Positions 1 through 9,758 of a DNA stretch of 64,000 nucleotides are shown piece after piece. The DNA is taken from contig CAMAVA010000001.1 of the NCBI GenBank assembly GCA_945861515.1, positions 20,749 to 84,748 of the forward strand, written 5' to 3'. How positions within the stretch are numbered: position 1 is the first letter of the stretch; each line of letters begins with the position of its first letter. The stretch comes from Brevundimonas vancanneytii (lineage in GTDB: Bacteria > Pseudomonadota > Alphaproteobacteria > Caulobacterales > Caulobacteraceae). Made by a program: the position numbers and the translations under genes. The notes beneath the pieces were generated by a model that had not been told where the DNA came from, ran no database searches, and was given only the letters and a program-made list of their open reading frames with translations.

Positions 1-243
1 GGGGTCCTTCTCCACGGCGATCACGGAAGCGCCGGCCTCGAGCAGCGCGCGGGTCAGACCCCCTGGCCCGGGGCCCACCTCGATCACGGTCTGACCTTCG
101 AGGGGACCGGCCAGCCGGGCAATCTTTCGCGTGATGTTCATGTCCAGAAGAAAATGCTGCCCAAAGCTCTTGCGAGCCAGCAGTCCATGCTCCGACAGGC
201 TTTCCCGCAAAGGTGGCAGGCTTTCCAGGTCCAGTGGCGGCAT
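1..243 (-). CDS. rsmA: 16S rRNA dimethyladenosine transferase (5' part, runs off window)
   Basis: Manual translation from ATG at 243: [42 protein letters not shown]; the GQHFL motif is typical of KsgA; the start overlaps the pdxA stop. Confidence 0.95.
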   Translation of the reverse strand, partial: MPPLDLESLPPLRESLSEHGLLARKSFGQHFLLDMNITRKIARLAGPLEGQTVIEVGPGPGGLTRALLEAGASVIAVEKDP

Positions 244-1253
244 CAATCACTTCCCCGGCGCTTGGCGATCAGGGCGGCCATCTCGATCGCCTTGATCAGG
301 CTGTCGGCTCGGGCGATGCCCTGACCGGCGATGTCAAACCCGGTGCCGTGGTCAGGCGAGGTCCGAACGATCGGCAGGCCGAGCGTAATGTTGACGCCAC
401 CCCAGAAATCAAGCATTTTCAATGGGATAAGGCCCTGATCGTGATACATGCAAAGCACCGCATCGAACCGCTCTCGGGCGGCTGGATGAAACAGGCTATC
501 GGCCGGCGCGGGCCCGCTGGCATCCAGTCCATGCTTCCTTAGCGCTGCAACGGCAGGGGTAATGATGTCGATTTCCTCAAGACCCAGGGCGCCGGCTTCG
601 CCGGCATGAGGGTTCAATCCCGCAACGGCCAGGCGGGGCTCTTCGACACCAAAGTCGCGCCGCAACGCGCTGCCGATGACGAGGCCAGCCGTTACCAGCC
701 CTTCGATCGACAGCGAACTGGAAACCTCGGCGAGGGGTTTGTGAATCGTGGCCAGGCAGACCCGCAGGCCTTCTGTCGCCAGCATCATCACTGGCCCACG
801 CGGCTCCGGAACGGCAACATGGGCTGTCAGGGCTGCCAGGAACTCGGTGTGGCCGGGGTATGGAAACCCTGCGGCGTACAGGGTTGCCTTGTTGATCGGC
901 GCTGTGACAAGGCCGCAGGCCTCACCTGACAGGGCCAAAGCTGTTGCCTCTTCGATCCAGGCAATGGTCCCGGATGCATGCGCCGGGTCGACCCGACCGA
1001 AGACGACCGGGGTCTTCAAAGGCCTGTGCAGGACCGGCAGGGCCTGATCGAACATCGCCGTTGCATCGCCTGCTCTGGCGATCTCGACCAACGGGGTGCT
1101 GTCCCCGCCAGGAGCCGAGCGGATGACGTCTATATCTCCGACTGCAAAGAACCTTGCCCCGCCGACGGGCTTCATCCGCCAGGCCTTGCTGACGATTTCG
1201 GGACCGATTCCCGCCGGATCGCCCAGGCTCAGGGCGAGGGGGCGACCGCTCAC
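243..1253 (-). CDS. pdxA: 4-hydroxythreonine-4-phosphate dehydrogenase
   Basis: [24 protein letters not shown] and RTSPDHGT motifs; surA-pdxA-rsmA synteny. Confidence 0.97.
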   Translation of the reverse strand: MSGRPLALSLGDPAGIGPEIVSKAWRMKPVGGARFFAVGDIDVIRSAPGGDSTPLVEIARAGDATAMFDQALPVLHRPLKTPVVFGRVDPAHASGTIAWIEEATALALSGEACGLVTAPINKATLYAAGFPYPGHTEFLAALTAHVAVPEPRGPVMMLATEGLRVCLATIHKPLAEVSSSLSIEGLVTAGLVIGSALRRDFGVEEPRLAVAGLNPHAGEAGALGLEEIDIITPAVAALRKHGLDASGPAPADSLFHPAARERFDAVLCMYHDQGLIPLKMLDFWGGVNITLGLPIVRTSPDHGTGFDIAGQGIARADSLIKAIEMAALIAKRRGSD

Positions 1254-2569
1254 CGCACTTCGATGGTCGCCGTGGTGCGCAGATCCCGCATGACCCGCTT
1301 GGCGATCAACGTCAATTGCTGGCCATAGAGACGGTTTTCCACCTGTTTGGACGTCAGGTTGGGGCCGCCGCTGTTGCGACGTCCACAGACCATGACAAGG
1401 TGCACCCCGCCCTGGGTCCGGATCGGATTGGCCGAAAGCGTGTTATCAGGCGTGCTCGCCGCCGCTTCTGCAAAACCCGGGGCCAGACCTGAAACCTCGG
1501 CTTCGCCCAGGTCTCCGGCAAGCACGCCGGATACGGTCGCGGCCTTGGCTTCCAGATCGCTGCAGGTTGGCGACAGGGCTCGCACCTGTTCGAGGGACCG
1601 GCCGGCAGCCGCAACGGCCGCCTCATCCGCTTCTGCCGGCACGATGACCGCTGCCTGCTTCAAGGTGACAAGACTGCTTCCGCCGCCCGCCCGCTTGTCC
1701 CTGAGATAGATGATGTAGACCCCGTCGTCCGTCGGGATCGGCGGCGACAATTGACCTGGCCTCAGGTCCGCAAGAACGGCATCCACCTGGGCCGGCATTT
1801 CGCCGGGGGAAATCCAGCCGGCGTCGCCGCCGGATGCCGCTGTCGCGGACGCCGAGAACTGACGGGCGACGGCCGGAAAGGGCGCGCCCTGTTTCATCTG
1901 GTCTATAAGTTGCTGCGCGCCCTGGACGGCGATCTGAAGTCCGCCGACCCGGCCGGCATCTATGTATATCTCGCTGACTTCGTACTGCGGCTTGGCAGCG
2001 GCCTCGGACATGCGCTGCATGGTCGCCTTGATCTGATCTTCCCCGATCCGCAGTCGTGAACCGTATCGACCGTGCATGTACTGCTGCCAGCTCATCTCCG
2101 CGCGCACCTGATCGCGATAGGTCTGGCGCCCGACATTCTGTTGCTGAAGCTGGGCGTAGAACTGCTCCGGAGTGACCTTGTATTCGTTCTGAATGATTTC
2201 GGCGATCTGCTCGTCGAGTTCCTTGTCGGTGGCGATGATGCTGGTCTTGTTTTCCTTCTCGACCCGCTTCAATTCCTGGATCTGCAGTCTTTCTTCCACC
2301 AGCGAGCGAAGGGCTTCCTGCTGGATCTGCGGAATGTTTTCCTGACTTGGCTGAAGACCGGACGTCAGGATCAACAGTTTCATCCGTTGAACCAGATCAT
2401 AGCTGGAAATGATGTCGTCATTGACCACAGCCGAAACGCTCTCGGCGATCTGAGGCTCGATGGACGAAGAGGACTGTCCCCAGGCGACCGGGCCCGTCCC
2501 GGCCATGACCATGGCCAGCACCGAAGCTGTCGCCAGCACCTTGCCTGTAGTTCCTGCCGCTAACCGCAA
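1250..2569 (-). CDS. surA: SurA-like periplasmic chaperone/peptidyl-prolyl isomerase (start uncertain)
   Basis: Signal peptide, AVVNDDIIS, rotamase motif FPAVARQFS...GGDAGW; lptD-surA-pdxA synteny. Confidence 0.9.
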   Translation of the reverse strand: MRLAAGTTGKVLATASVLAMVMAGTGPVAWGQSSSSIEPQIAESVSAVVNDDIISSYDLVQRMKLLILTSGLQPSQENIPQIQQEALRSLVEERLQIQELKRVEKENKTSIIATDKELDEQIAEIIQNEYKVTPEQFYAQLQQQNVGRQTYRDQVRAEMSWQQYMHGRYGSRLRIGEDQIKATMQRMSEAAAKPQYEVSEIYIDAGRVGGLQIAVQGAQQLIDQMKQGAPFPAVARQFSASATAASGGDAGWISPGEMPAQVDAVLADLRPGQLSPPIPTDDGVYIIYLRDKRAGGGSSLVTLKQAAVIVPAEADEAAVAAAGRSLEQVRALSPTCSDLEAKAATVSGVLAGDLGEAEVSGLAPGFAEAAASTPDNTLSANPIRTQGGVHLVMVCGRRNSGGPNLTSKQVENRLYGQQLTLIAKRVMRDLRTTATIEVR

Positions 2570-2624
2570 TCTGCCATTCCCATAGTTTGTGTTGACGGCC
2601 GCGCGTCCAACATCGCGCTGAGCG

Positions 2625-4949
2625 TTACCGCCTGTAGCCTTTATTGCCCAATGTGGCGAGCGTTAGGCGCAGTACCACTGCGTCCGACGGGCCAAGGGTT
2701 CGGTTGAAGGTTTCTTCATGCACCCAGACCACCGCCGCATCCAGGCAATCGTCGCGATAGAAGACGCCGAGTTCCTGGCGACGCCAGACATCGTTCTCGA
2801 TATCCCAGATCCCGGCCACGGTGGCGCCGATCCGGCGTGTGAACAAAAGGTCGCCGGCGAAGTCGATGTCCTGACGCTCCACCCCGGTTATGTCCTGGTT
2901 GTCATGCAGGTATCTCAGATAGCCCGAGCCCCGCTCGAACGAGACATCAGCGCCAACCTCCAGTCGTCGCAGGCTTCCCGTGTCACCGTCAAACCGGGCC
3001 CTGCCATAGAGTTCGAGGCCCTTGGCGGCCTTGGCGTCAGCAGCGACAATCCAGTCGGAGGCCCTGGCTTGCAGACCGCTGCGCGCCGGGAGCGAGCTAT
3101 CGATCTGGTCGCGGAAACTTCGACCGACCAGCAGGCTCAGGGCGCGGCCATCGTCATAGGTCAGGGTGCCGCGCAGGCCGGTATTGAGGCGCAGGCCGCC
3201 TTCGTAGAGGTCAAAGCCCGGCGACTTGTTCGCCCGCAGAAGATTGGTCTCGTCAAATTCGAGAACAACACTGTCCTCGTTCGGAATGCGAGAATCAGAG
3301 TCGCTTTCAGGCGACAGGGCCAATTGCGCCACCGGTTCCAGAATGATGGTTCGATCACCATCCCTGCGAAACAGGGGATAGGTCAGATCAACGCCGACCA
3401 CGCCAAGTTGCCGGCCAAAGCTGCCGCCGTCGCGGGAAGCTGGATAGTCTTCCACGTTGTAGTAGTCGACGCGGGCCTGGGCGAACGGCGACAGGCGAAG
3501 GCCGCTCCCGAAGGTCAGATCGGTTCGCCAGTCGGCCTGGGCGCTGACCCGACGGCTGTCTGCCCCGGGTTCGGTCGCGACCTTCGGTGACTGGTCCCGG
3601 GTCAGGGCCACCGCAGTTCCCAAAAGTCGCAGTCGTCCTCCCAGAACGGGGGAGGGCGCTTCCCAACGGGCTTCCACCAGCGGCGCGATTGCCGGGAACG
3701 TCCGATCATTGTCGGATGGCCGCAGGCCCTGAATGCTGATCGCGTTGATGGAGAACCAGGACAGGTTATCCTGCCGCGTGGTGAAGAGCTGGGAGGTCAA
3801 CCGGCGATTGTCCGACGCGATCAGGCCTCGCTGATCCGCAACATCATCAACATCGTACTTGTCAAAGACGAGATCGTCGCTGGCCAGCTCGGTCGAAAAT
3901 CCCCATTTCCAGTTACTGTCAATATCGAAGGCGCCATCTGCCAGAACATAGCTTCTGCTTGTCAGATCGCCTATCCGCTCGCCATCCCCGTCCAGATCGC
4001 GCTCATAGGTGTAGCCAAACCTTGCATTGATCTGTCCGCTATAAAAGCGCTGTCTATATTGCAGATTCAGGAAGGGGTTGACCTTTGTATTGATCTGCGG
4101 ATTGATCAGAAGGTCGCGGGACGGGGAGATCGCCCAGTAATAGGGCTGTTCGTAGGACAGTCCTCTTCGTTGCGAAGCGACACCCTTTGGCGGCAACAGC
4201 CCGGACATCCGTGGCGCGTTTGGATCGGCGTGCCAGAATACCGGCGTGTAGAAGACGGGCGCCCCGAACATCTCGATCACGGCGTTCTGATAATAGATCG
4301 TCTGGTTGTCCTGGTCCTGCACCACCTTTTCCGCCCGGATCGACCAGGTCGGCGGACTTGTCGGGTCGGTTTCGCACAGCAGGCAAGGCGTGTAGATGGC
4401 GTGGTTCAATTCCGCCGTGGTCGCGTCTCTTCGGACAGCCGTGTCGGCTGCGATCTTCACGTTGTCCTTCAGGCGAAGCGAAAAGCCCTTGGCGATCCCC
4501 GCGCTGAGTTGGTCATCAAGGACAACAGTGTCGGCAAAGGCCGTTGTTCCATCCGCTTCGATGATCGCAACTGAGCCGCTGGCGGTCACAACTCCGCCGG
4601 CCTGATCGTAAATCAGTCGGTTGGCCCGAACCGTGCGGCCTTGATGGCGAATTTCGACATCGCCTTCGGCGGTCAGGGTCCTTGCCTTGTCGTCCTGGAT
4701 CAGGACGTCTGCCTCAAGGTAATAGCCATCGCGACCCAGTCCATCGACATCGCCTGTCGAGGCTGGAATCGGTTGAGCTTGGTCCGACGAGGCCTGCATG
4801 GCGGCGCTTGGGTCTATGGCCCGGGACTCCGCCTCATCCGCCGCCCGGGCAGCAACCGCGCCGAACGCGCAGGCCGACAGTGCCGCGCCCGCAAGGAGCC
4901 AGGCGAGGGGCCTGCTGCGAAGGTTTCTGCGAGTCGTGGGCATCGACAT
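2625..4949 (-). CDS. lptD: LPS-assembly outer membrane protein LptD (start likely MSMPTT at 4949/4943)
   Basis: OstA-like N-terminal region, YTPC..C...PTWSIRA, SGLLPP, beta-barrel C-terminus; synteny. Confidence 0.95.
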   Translation of the reverse strand: MSMPTTRRNLRSRPLAWLLAGAALSACAFGAVAARAADEAESRAIDPSAAMQASSDQAQPIPASTGDVDGLGRDGYYLEADVLIQDDKARTLTAEGDVEIRHQGRTVRANRLIYDQAGGVVTASGSVAIIEADGTTAFADTVVLDDQLSAGIAKGFSLRLKDNVKIAADTAVRRDATTAELNHAIYTPCLLCETDPTSPPTWSIRAEKVVQDQDNQTIYYQNAVIEMFGAPVFYTPVFWHADPNAPRMSGLLPPKGVASQRRGLSYEQPYYWAISPSRDLLINPQINTKVNPFLNLQYRQRFYSGQINARFGYTYERDLDGDGERIGDLTSRSYVLADGAFDIDSNWKWGFSTELASDDLVFDKYDVDDVADQRGLIASDNRRLTSQLFTTRQDNLSWFSINAISIQGLRPSDNDRTFPAIAPLVEARWEAPSPVLGGRLRLLGTAVALTRDQSPKVATEPGADSRRVSAQADWRTDLTFGSGLRLSPFAQARVDYYNVEDYPASRDGGSFGRQLGVVGVDLTYPLFRRDGDRTIILEPVAQLALSPESDSDSRIPNEDSVVLEFDETNLLRANKSPGFDLYEGGLRLNTGLRGTLTYDDGRALSLLVGRSFRDQIDSSLPARSGLQARASDWIVAADAKAAKGLELYGRARFDGDTGSLRRLEVGADVSFERGSGYLRYLHDNQDITGVERQDIDFAGDLLFTRRIGATVAGIWDIENDVWRRQELGVFYRDDCLDAAVVWVHEETFNRTLGPSDAVVLRLTLATLGNKGYRR

Positions 4950-4987
4950 TTCTGGTTTCCGTAGCGACGGCGGGACGCGGATCCGGG

Positions 4988-6094
4988 TCACCCGTCCTCC
5001 GTATAACAAAGCAGCGTCAGCCCCGATAACATTGCCAGCAGGGGCGGGGCCCAGGCGGCAAGAACGACCGGTATGATTTCGGCCTTTCCCAGGGCCAGAC
5101 ACATCTGGTTGAAGAAGAAGAAGGCAAAGCCAAGGACCACGCCGGAGCCGGCCAGCGCAGGTAGGCCGCCGAGACGCATGAGTCGAAGCGAAAACGCGGC
5201 CGCCAGCACGGACATAGCCGAATAGAGCAGCGGCGTCGCCAGCAGTTGTTGAAGCCTCAATCGGTAGCCAAGGGCGGAGAATCCGGCCTTTTCAGTGCCG
5301 GCAATCGTCGCCGGCAGGCGCCAGAACGCGATTGCCTCCGGGGTCGTGAACCGCTCGATGGCCGCCTGATCATCCAGGGTCGAGGGGATGGTCAAGCTGT
5401 CGGACCGAACCGACCCGGCGCCAGGCGTCGCCTCGCGAACCCCGGTCAGGCGCCAGTATCCCGGCATCAGCCGGGCTTCTGAGGCCTCGACCCGCCGCGA
5501 AAAGTCCAGGCTGCCATCTGCCGCCAGTCGATAGATGAACATCGACACCACCTTGAGGCGGACGACCCCGTCAACCTCGTCATGCGACCTGGCGCGGATG
5601 ACGACCTGGGATCGCTCATCGGTCTGCCTCAGCCAGGTTTCCTTTGGAGCCGACGCCAGGTAGTCGTCCATCACCGCCGTGCGGGACTGTTCAAAGCGGA
5701 CATTCAGCCAGGCTGCGACAGGGTTCATGACGGCGACGGTAAGCGCGCCCACCACGAAGGCGGCGGCGGCGGCCGGCAGAATGAATCGCCAGGCCGACAC
5801 GCCTGCCGCGCGCATGGCGATCAGTTCGCTGCGGCGGTTGAGGGCCACAAAGGCAGCCAGGGTGCCGAACAGGAAGGCAAATGGCAGCAGTGTCAGGATC
5901 GTCGACGGCGCCTTGAGAAGCGTCAGCCAAAGCAGGCTTACAAATCCTGTGTCCGCCCGTCCCCCGACCGTTCTCGAGACGTCCACAAAGTCGATCAGGA
6001 GGATCACGGCGGCAATCACGGCCAGCGCACCCGCAACCGAGACCAGGGTCCGGTTGAGAACGTAAAGCTCCAGTCGGCCAGGCCAGAGTCTCAT
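4988..6094 (-). CDS. lptG: LPS export ABC transporter permease LptG
   Basis: RRSELIAMRAAGVSAWR motif, 6 TM pattern; ATGA overlap with lptF. Confidence 0.93.
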   Translation of the reverse strand: MRLWPGRLELYVLNRTLVSVAGALAVIAAVILLIDFVDVSRTVGGRADTGFVSLLWLTLLKAPSTILTLLPFAFLFGTLAAFVALNRRSELIAMRAAGVSAWRFILPAAAAAFVVGALTVAVMNPVAAWLNVRFEQSRTAVMDDYLASAPKETWLRQTDERSQVVIRARSHDEVDGVVRLKVVSMFIYRLAADGSLDFSRRVEASEARLMPGYWRLTGVREATPGAGSVRSDSLTIPSTLDDQAAIERFTTPEAIAFWRLPATIAGTEKAGFSALGYRLRLQQLLATPLLYSAMSVLAAAFSLRLMRLGGLPALAGSGVVLGFAFFFFNQMCLALGKAEIIPVVLAAWAPPLLAMLSGLTLLCYTEDG

Positions 6095-7242
6095 GCTGCG
6101 ATCCCCATGGGCTGTCTCGCGGCCGGCAGAAAGGGAACCAGACTGCGCCACCCCGTTCGGGCTTCGACAGACCGGAAGATCTGCTCAAAGCCCCAGACAG
6201 CGGCTGCAAGCGGTATCAGATACTGGAAGACATTCAGGGCCATGCTGTCGTCACAGGCGGCCTGCACGGCAAACCCGATGATCCGGACCAGCGCGGCCGA
6301 TGCGCCGACCAGGGCGATCCTGCGACCGTAGCCCATCCTGCTGAAGCCCGCCCCGATGACGGCCGCCAAGGCCATGGCCATGAAGCCGATGGCGTAGAGC
6401 GGGGAAGCAAGGCGGGAATGGCCTTCGGCGACCATCCGCTTTTGGTTCTTTCGCTCGTAGTCCAGGGTCAGGTCGGGAAAAAACAGCTCGTGAAGATAGC
6501 GGTCCGACGCCTTGTAACGGATGCTTTCCCGGGTGTTGAGGTAGGGTCGCAGATCCAGCGTGTATTCTTCGAATGACAGGTAGTTGAGAACGCCTCGATC
6601 CGAAAACTCCTGGGTCGAGCCCTTGTTCATCACCAGGATCGGAGAGTCGTTCTTCCAGACCACCCTTCCGGTCCTCGCCGTATAGGTCGTCGACTGCCCT
6701 GCTTCGGTCGTTTGATGGATGAACAGATTGTGGATGGCGCCATCCGGATCAACCGTCTGGCCATAGACCGTCAAGCGCGGCGCAGGATCGGTGAACTGTC
6801 CCTCGACCACTAGCATGGCGGCCAGATCTGTCTTGGCCTGGAAAATCAGCTTTCGATATTCCCGATAGGCGGCTGGCTGTACCCAGAGGTTTATTGCAAG
6901 GCAGGTGAGGGTGGCCAGAATGGCCAGCTTTACGGCGGGAGAAATCACACGCCAGCGACTCATCCCGCTGGCGTAGCAAACCACCAGCTCTTGGTCCCCT
7001 TGCAGCTTGTTGAGCGCCACGAGGGCGGCCACCAGCACGCCGATGGGAATGATCAGATTGGCCAATTGAGGCATGGCCAGGATGATGATCCGCAGATAGG
7101 TCCAGGCGCTCTGGCGTTGTTCGATGATGATATCGAGTTGACCGAGGCTCTGGCTGAGCAGCCCGACCGCTGCCAGGGCCGCAGTCGCCATCAGCGTCGG
7201 CCATAGCAGTTGCCGGAAGATGTAGCGTTCGATCAGGGGCAT
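6091..7242 (-). CDS. lptF: LPS export ABC transporter permease LptF
   Basis: LIERYIFRQ start, DQELVVCYASGMS motif; divergent from pepA. Confidence 0.93.
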   Translation of the reverse strand: MPLIERYIFRQLLWPTLMATAALAAVGLLSQSLGQLDIIIEQRQSAWTYLRIIILAMPQLANLIIPIGVLVAALVALNKLQGDQELVVCYASGMSRWRVISPAVKLAILATLTCLAINLWVQPAAYREYRKLIFQAKTDLAAMLVVEGQFTDPAPRLTVYGQTVDPDGAIHNLFIHQTTEAGQSTTYTARTGRVVWKNDSPILVMNKGSTQEFSDRGVLNYLSFEEYTLDLRPYLNTRESIRYKASDRYLHELFFPDLTLDYERKNQKRMVAEGHSRLASPLYAIGFMAMALAAVIGAGFSRMGYGRRIALVGASAALVRIIGFAVQAACDDSMALNVFQYLIPLAAAVWGFEQIFRSVEARTGWRSLVPFLPAARQPMGIAA

Positions 7243-7389
7243 GAAGCGGCACAGGAGGAGCAACTCCGGTCATTCGGAGGCGCTTCGGTCCGTTACTAGG
7301 GCGGACAGGCCGCTGGCACAACTGCGGTGCGCCTTCCCCAGCGCTCTGCATTGGACTATTCCGCCACATGACTTTTGCAGGAGCGCAGG

Positions 7390-8871
7390 ATGCGTATTGA
7401 ATTTGTTCAGGTTGACCGGACCGCGCCACCGGCCGACGGCGCCGTTGCGGTGATCGCCTTTGAAGGCGGCGGCCTTTCCCCGGCCGCGGAAGATTTGGAC
7501 AAGGCCACCTCGGGCGCCCTGACCCGCGCCGTCGCGTCTGGACGCTTCTCTGGCGGTCGCGGACAGTCCCTGGAACTGTTGGCGCCTGCAGGCCTCGAAA
7601 ACGCGCGAGTCGCAATCATCGGGCTAGGAGCCAGGGCCGAGTTTGGGCCCGAGGCTGCAGAGCTCTTCGGGGCCTATGCCTATCAGGCGGTCAAGGTCAG
7701 CGGCGCTGCCACCCTGACGCTTCCCATGCCAGGCGCCAGCGCCGAGGAGGCCGCCCGCGCCGCCTTCGGCAGCCGCCTGGCCAGCTATCGGTTCGATCGC
7801 TACCGGACCACCGAAAAGGCCGACAAGAAACCCTCCGTGGCCGCTGTTCGGGTCGCCGTCGACGACCCTGACGCCGCCGCGGCGGCCTATGCGCCCCTGG
7901 CTGCCCTGGGCGACGGCATCTTCTTCACCCGCGATCTCGTCTCGGAGCCGGCCAATATCCTCCACCCGGAAGAGTTCGCCCGCCGGGTCAAGGCCCTGGA
8001 ATCCCTCGGGCTCGAGGTCGAAATCCTCGGCGAGGCCGAAATGGCCAAGCTGGGCATGGGCTCGCTGCTCGGCGTCGGACAGGGCAGTGTCCGCGAAAGC
8101 CAGTTGGCCGTCATCCAGTGGAAAGGCGGCGGAGACGCCCAGCCTATCGCCTTTGTCGGCAAGGGCGTCTGCTTTGACACCGGCGGCATCTCCATCAAGC
8201 CCGCAGACGGCATGGAAGACATGAAGTGGGACATGGGCGGGGCCGGCGCCGTCGCTGGCCTGATGCATGTCCTGGCCAGCCGCAAGGCAAAGGCCAATGT
8301 GGTGGGCATTCTGGGTCTGGTCGAGAACATGCCCGATGGAAACGCCCAGCGGCCTGGCGACATCGTCACCAGCATGTCGGGTCAGACCATCGAGGTGATC
8401 AATACCGACGCCGAAGGCCGCCTGGTTCTGGCTGATGCCCTCTGGTACTGTCAGGAGCGCTTCAAGCCGCAGTTCATGGTCGATCTGGCGACCCTGACCG
8501 GGGCCATCATCATCGCCCTGGGCAACGACTATGCCGGCCTGTTCAGCAACAATGACGCCCTCTCCGACAACCTGCTGAAAGCCGCCAAGGCTGAAGGTGA
8601 GCCGCTCTGGCGCATGCCCATCCCGGCCGCCTATGAAAAACAGATCGACAGCATGGCCGCCGACGTCAAGAACACTGGCGGACGGCCGGGCGGGTCGATC
8701 ACCGCCGCCCTGTTCCTGCAGCGCTTCGTCAACGGCCTGCCCTGGGCCCATCTGGACATCGCTTCGACCGCCTGGAAGAAGCCGTCCTCCGTGCCGACCC
8801 TTCCCGAAGGCGCCACGGGTTACGGGGTCCGACTGTTGAACCGTATGGTCGCCGACGCCTACGAGGGCTAG
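7390..8871 (+). CDS. pepA: Leucyl aminopeptidase (M17)
   Basis: VGKGVCFDTGG, MKWDMGG and NTDAEGRL motifs. Confidence 0.97.
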   Translation: MRIEFVQVDRTAPPADGAVAVIAFEGGGLSPAAEDLDKATSGALTRAVASGRFSGGRGQSLELLAPAGLENARVAIIGLGARAEFGPEAAELFGAYAYQAVKVSGAATLTLPMPGASAEEAARAAFGSRLASYRFDRYRTTEKADKKPSVAAVRVAVDDPDAAAAAYAPLAALGDGIFFTRDLVSEPANILHPEEFARRVKALESLGLEVEILGEAEMAKLGMGSLLGVGQGSVRESQLAVIQWKGGGDAQPIAFVGKGVCFDTGGISIKPADGMEDMKWDMGGAGAVAGLMHVLASRKAKANVVGILGLVENMPDGNAQRPGDIVTSMSGQTIEVINTDAEGRLVLADALWYCQERFKPQFMVDLATLTGAIIIALGNDYAGLFSNNDALSDNLLKAAKAEGEPLWRMPIPAAYEKQIDSMAADVKNTGGRPGGSITAALFLQRFVNGLPWAHLDIASTAWKKPSSVPTLPEGATGYGVRLLNRMVADAYEG

Positions 8872-8913
8872 GTCAGCTTCCCCCCGGTCGGCCGCCATTC
8901 CGAATTCACCGGA

Positions 8914-9414
8914 ATGGCGGTGTCGGGACCCTGGGACAAATGGGAGGCCCCACTGGCCCAACCACCCTGCGAGGTCTGGTTCTACCATCTGGAGCGGTCA
9001 ACGCTTGACCAGGTGCTGCCCGAGCTTCTCGAGAAGACGCTCCAGAAGGGCTGGAAGGCGATCGTCCGAACGACAGAGGCCGAACGGATCGAGGCCCTGG
9101 ACGCCTGGCTCTGGACCTATCGCGAAGACAGCTTTCTGCCGCATGGCGTCGCCGGCGAACCTCTGGCCGGGCATCAGCCGATTGTCCTGACCGCCGCCAT
9201 GGAGAATCCGAACGGAGCCCAGGCTCTGTTTCTTCTGGACGGGGCGGACCCCGGCCTGATTTCGGATTTCGTCCGCTGTATCGTGTTGTTTGACGGTCGC
9301 GACGAGGTCAGACTGGCTGGCGCGCGGCAACTGTGGAAATCAGTCAAGGCTCAGGGACTTCCGGCCTCCTATTGGCGCCAGAAGGACGAGCGGGGATGGG
9401 AGAAGCAAGCGTGA
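8914..9414 (+). CDS. holC: DNA polymerase III chi subunit (true start probably downstream, about 8953)
   Basis: EVWFYHL, LDAWLWTYREDSFLPHG motifs; pepA-holC synteny. Confidence 0.93.
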   Translation: MAVSGPWDKWEAPLAQPPCEVWFYHLERSTLDQVLPELLEKTLQKGWKAIVRTTEAERIEALDAWLWTYREDSFLPHGVAGEPLAGHQPIVLTAAMENPNGAQALFLLDGADPGLISDFVRCIVLFDGRDEVRLAGARQLWKSVKAQGLPASYWRQKDERGWEKQA

Positions 9415-9746
9415 AACGATCGACGGTCGTGGTTCTGGCCCTGGGAGTGATCTCGGCATCCTGCGCGCCGACCCCGCCGCCTGAGGTTCCGCAGGCGACT
9501 CCTCCCGCTGCTCAGCCTCCCGTCCAGCCCGCGCCGGAGCCGGTTGCTGCACCGGACGCCTGTGGCGCTGCGCCTTTGCAATATCTTGTCGGTCGACCCA
9601 AGAGCCAGATCCCCGTTCCGGTGGATCCCTCGAAGCGACGGGTGACTTGCTCGACCTGTCCCGTGACGCTGGACTACCGGGAAGACCGGCTGAATATCGT
9701 ATTCGACGCCGATACCGGAACGGTGCTCGAGGTGAAGTGTGGTTGA
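9411..9746 (+). CDS. Small lipoprotein, peptidase inhibitor I78-like
   Basis: GTGA overlap with holC, lipobox ISAS-C, DACGA...VTLDYREDRLNI motif. Confidence 0.8.
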   Translation: MKRSTVVVLALGVISASCAPTPPPEVPQATPPAAQPPVQPAPEPVAAPDACGAAPLQYLVGRPKSQIPVPVDPSKRRVTCSTCPVTLDYREDRLNIVFDADTGTVLEVKCG

Positions 9747-9758
9747 GCCTAGGAGCGG

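Noticed and set aside
7624-8988. Long antisense ORFs (here, and e.g. 14195-15394, 21403-22689, 24827-26584, 48860-50170)
   Set aside because: Shadow ORFs opposite well-supported genes, expected from high-GC codon bias
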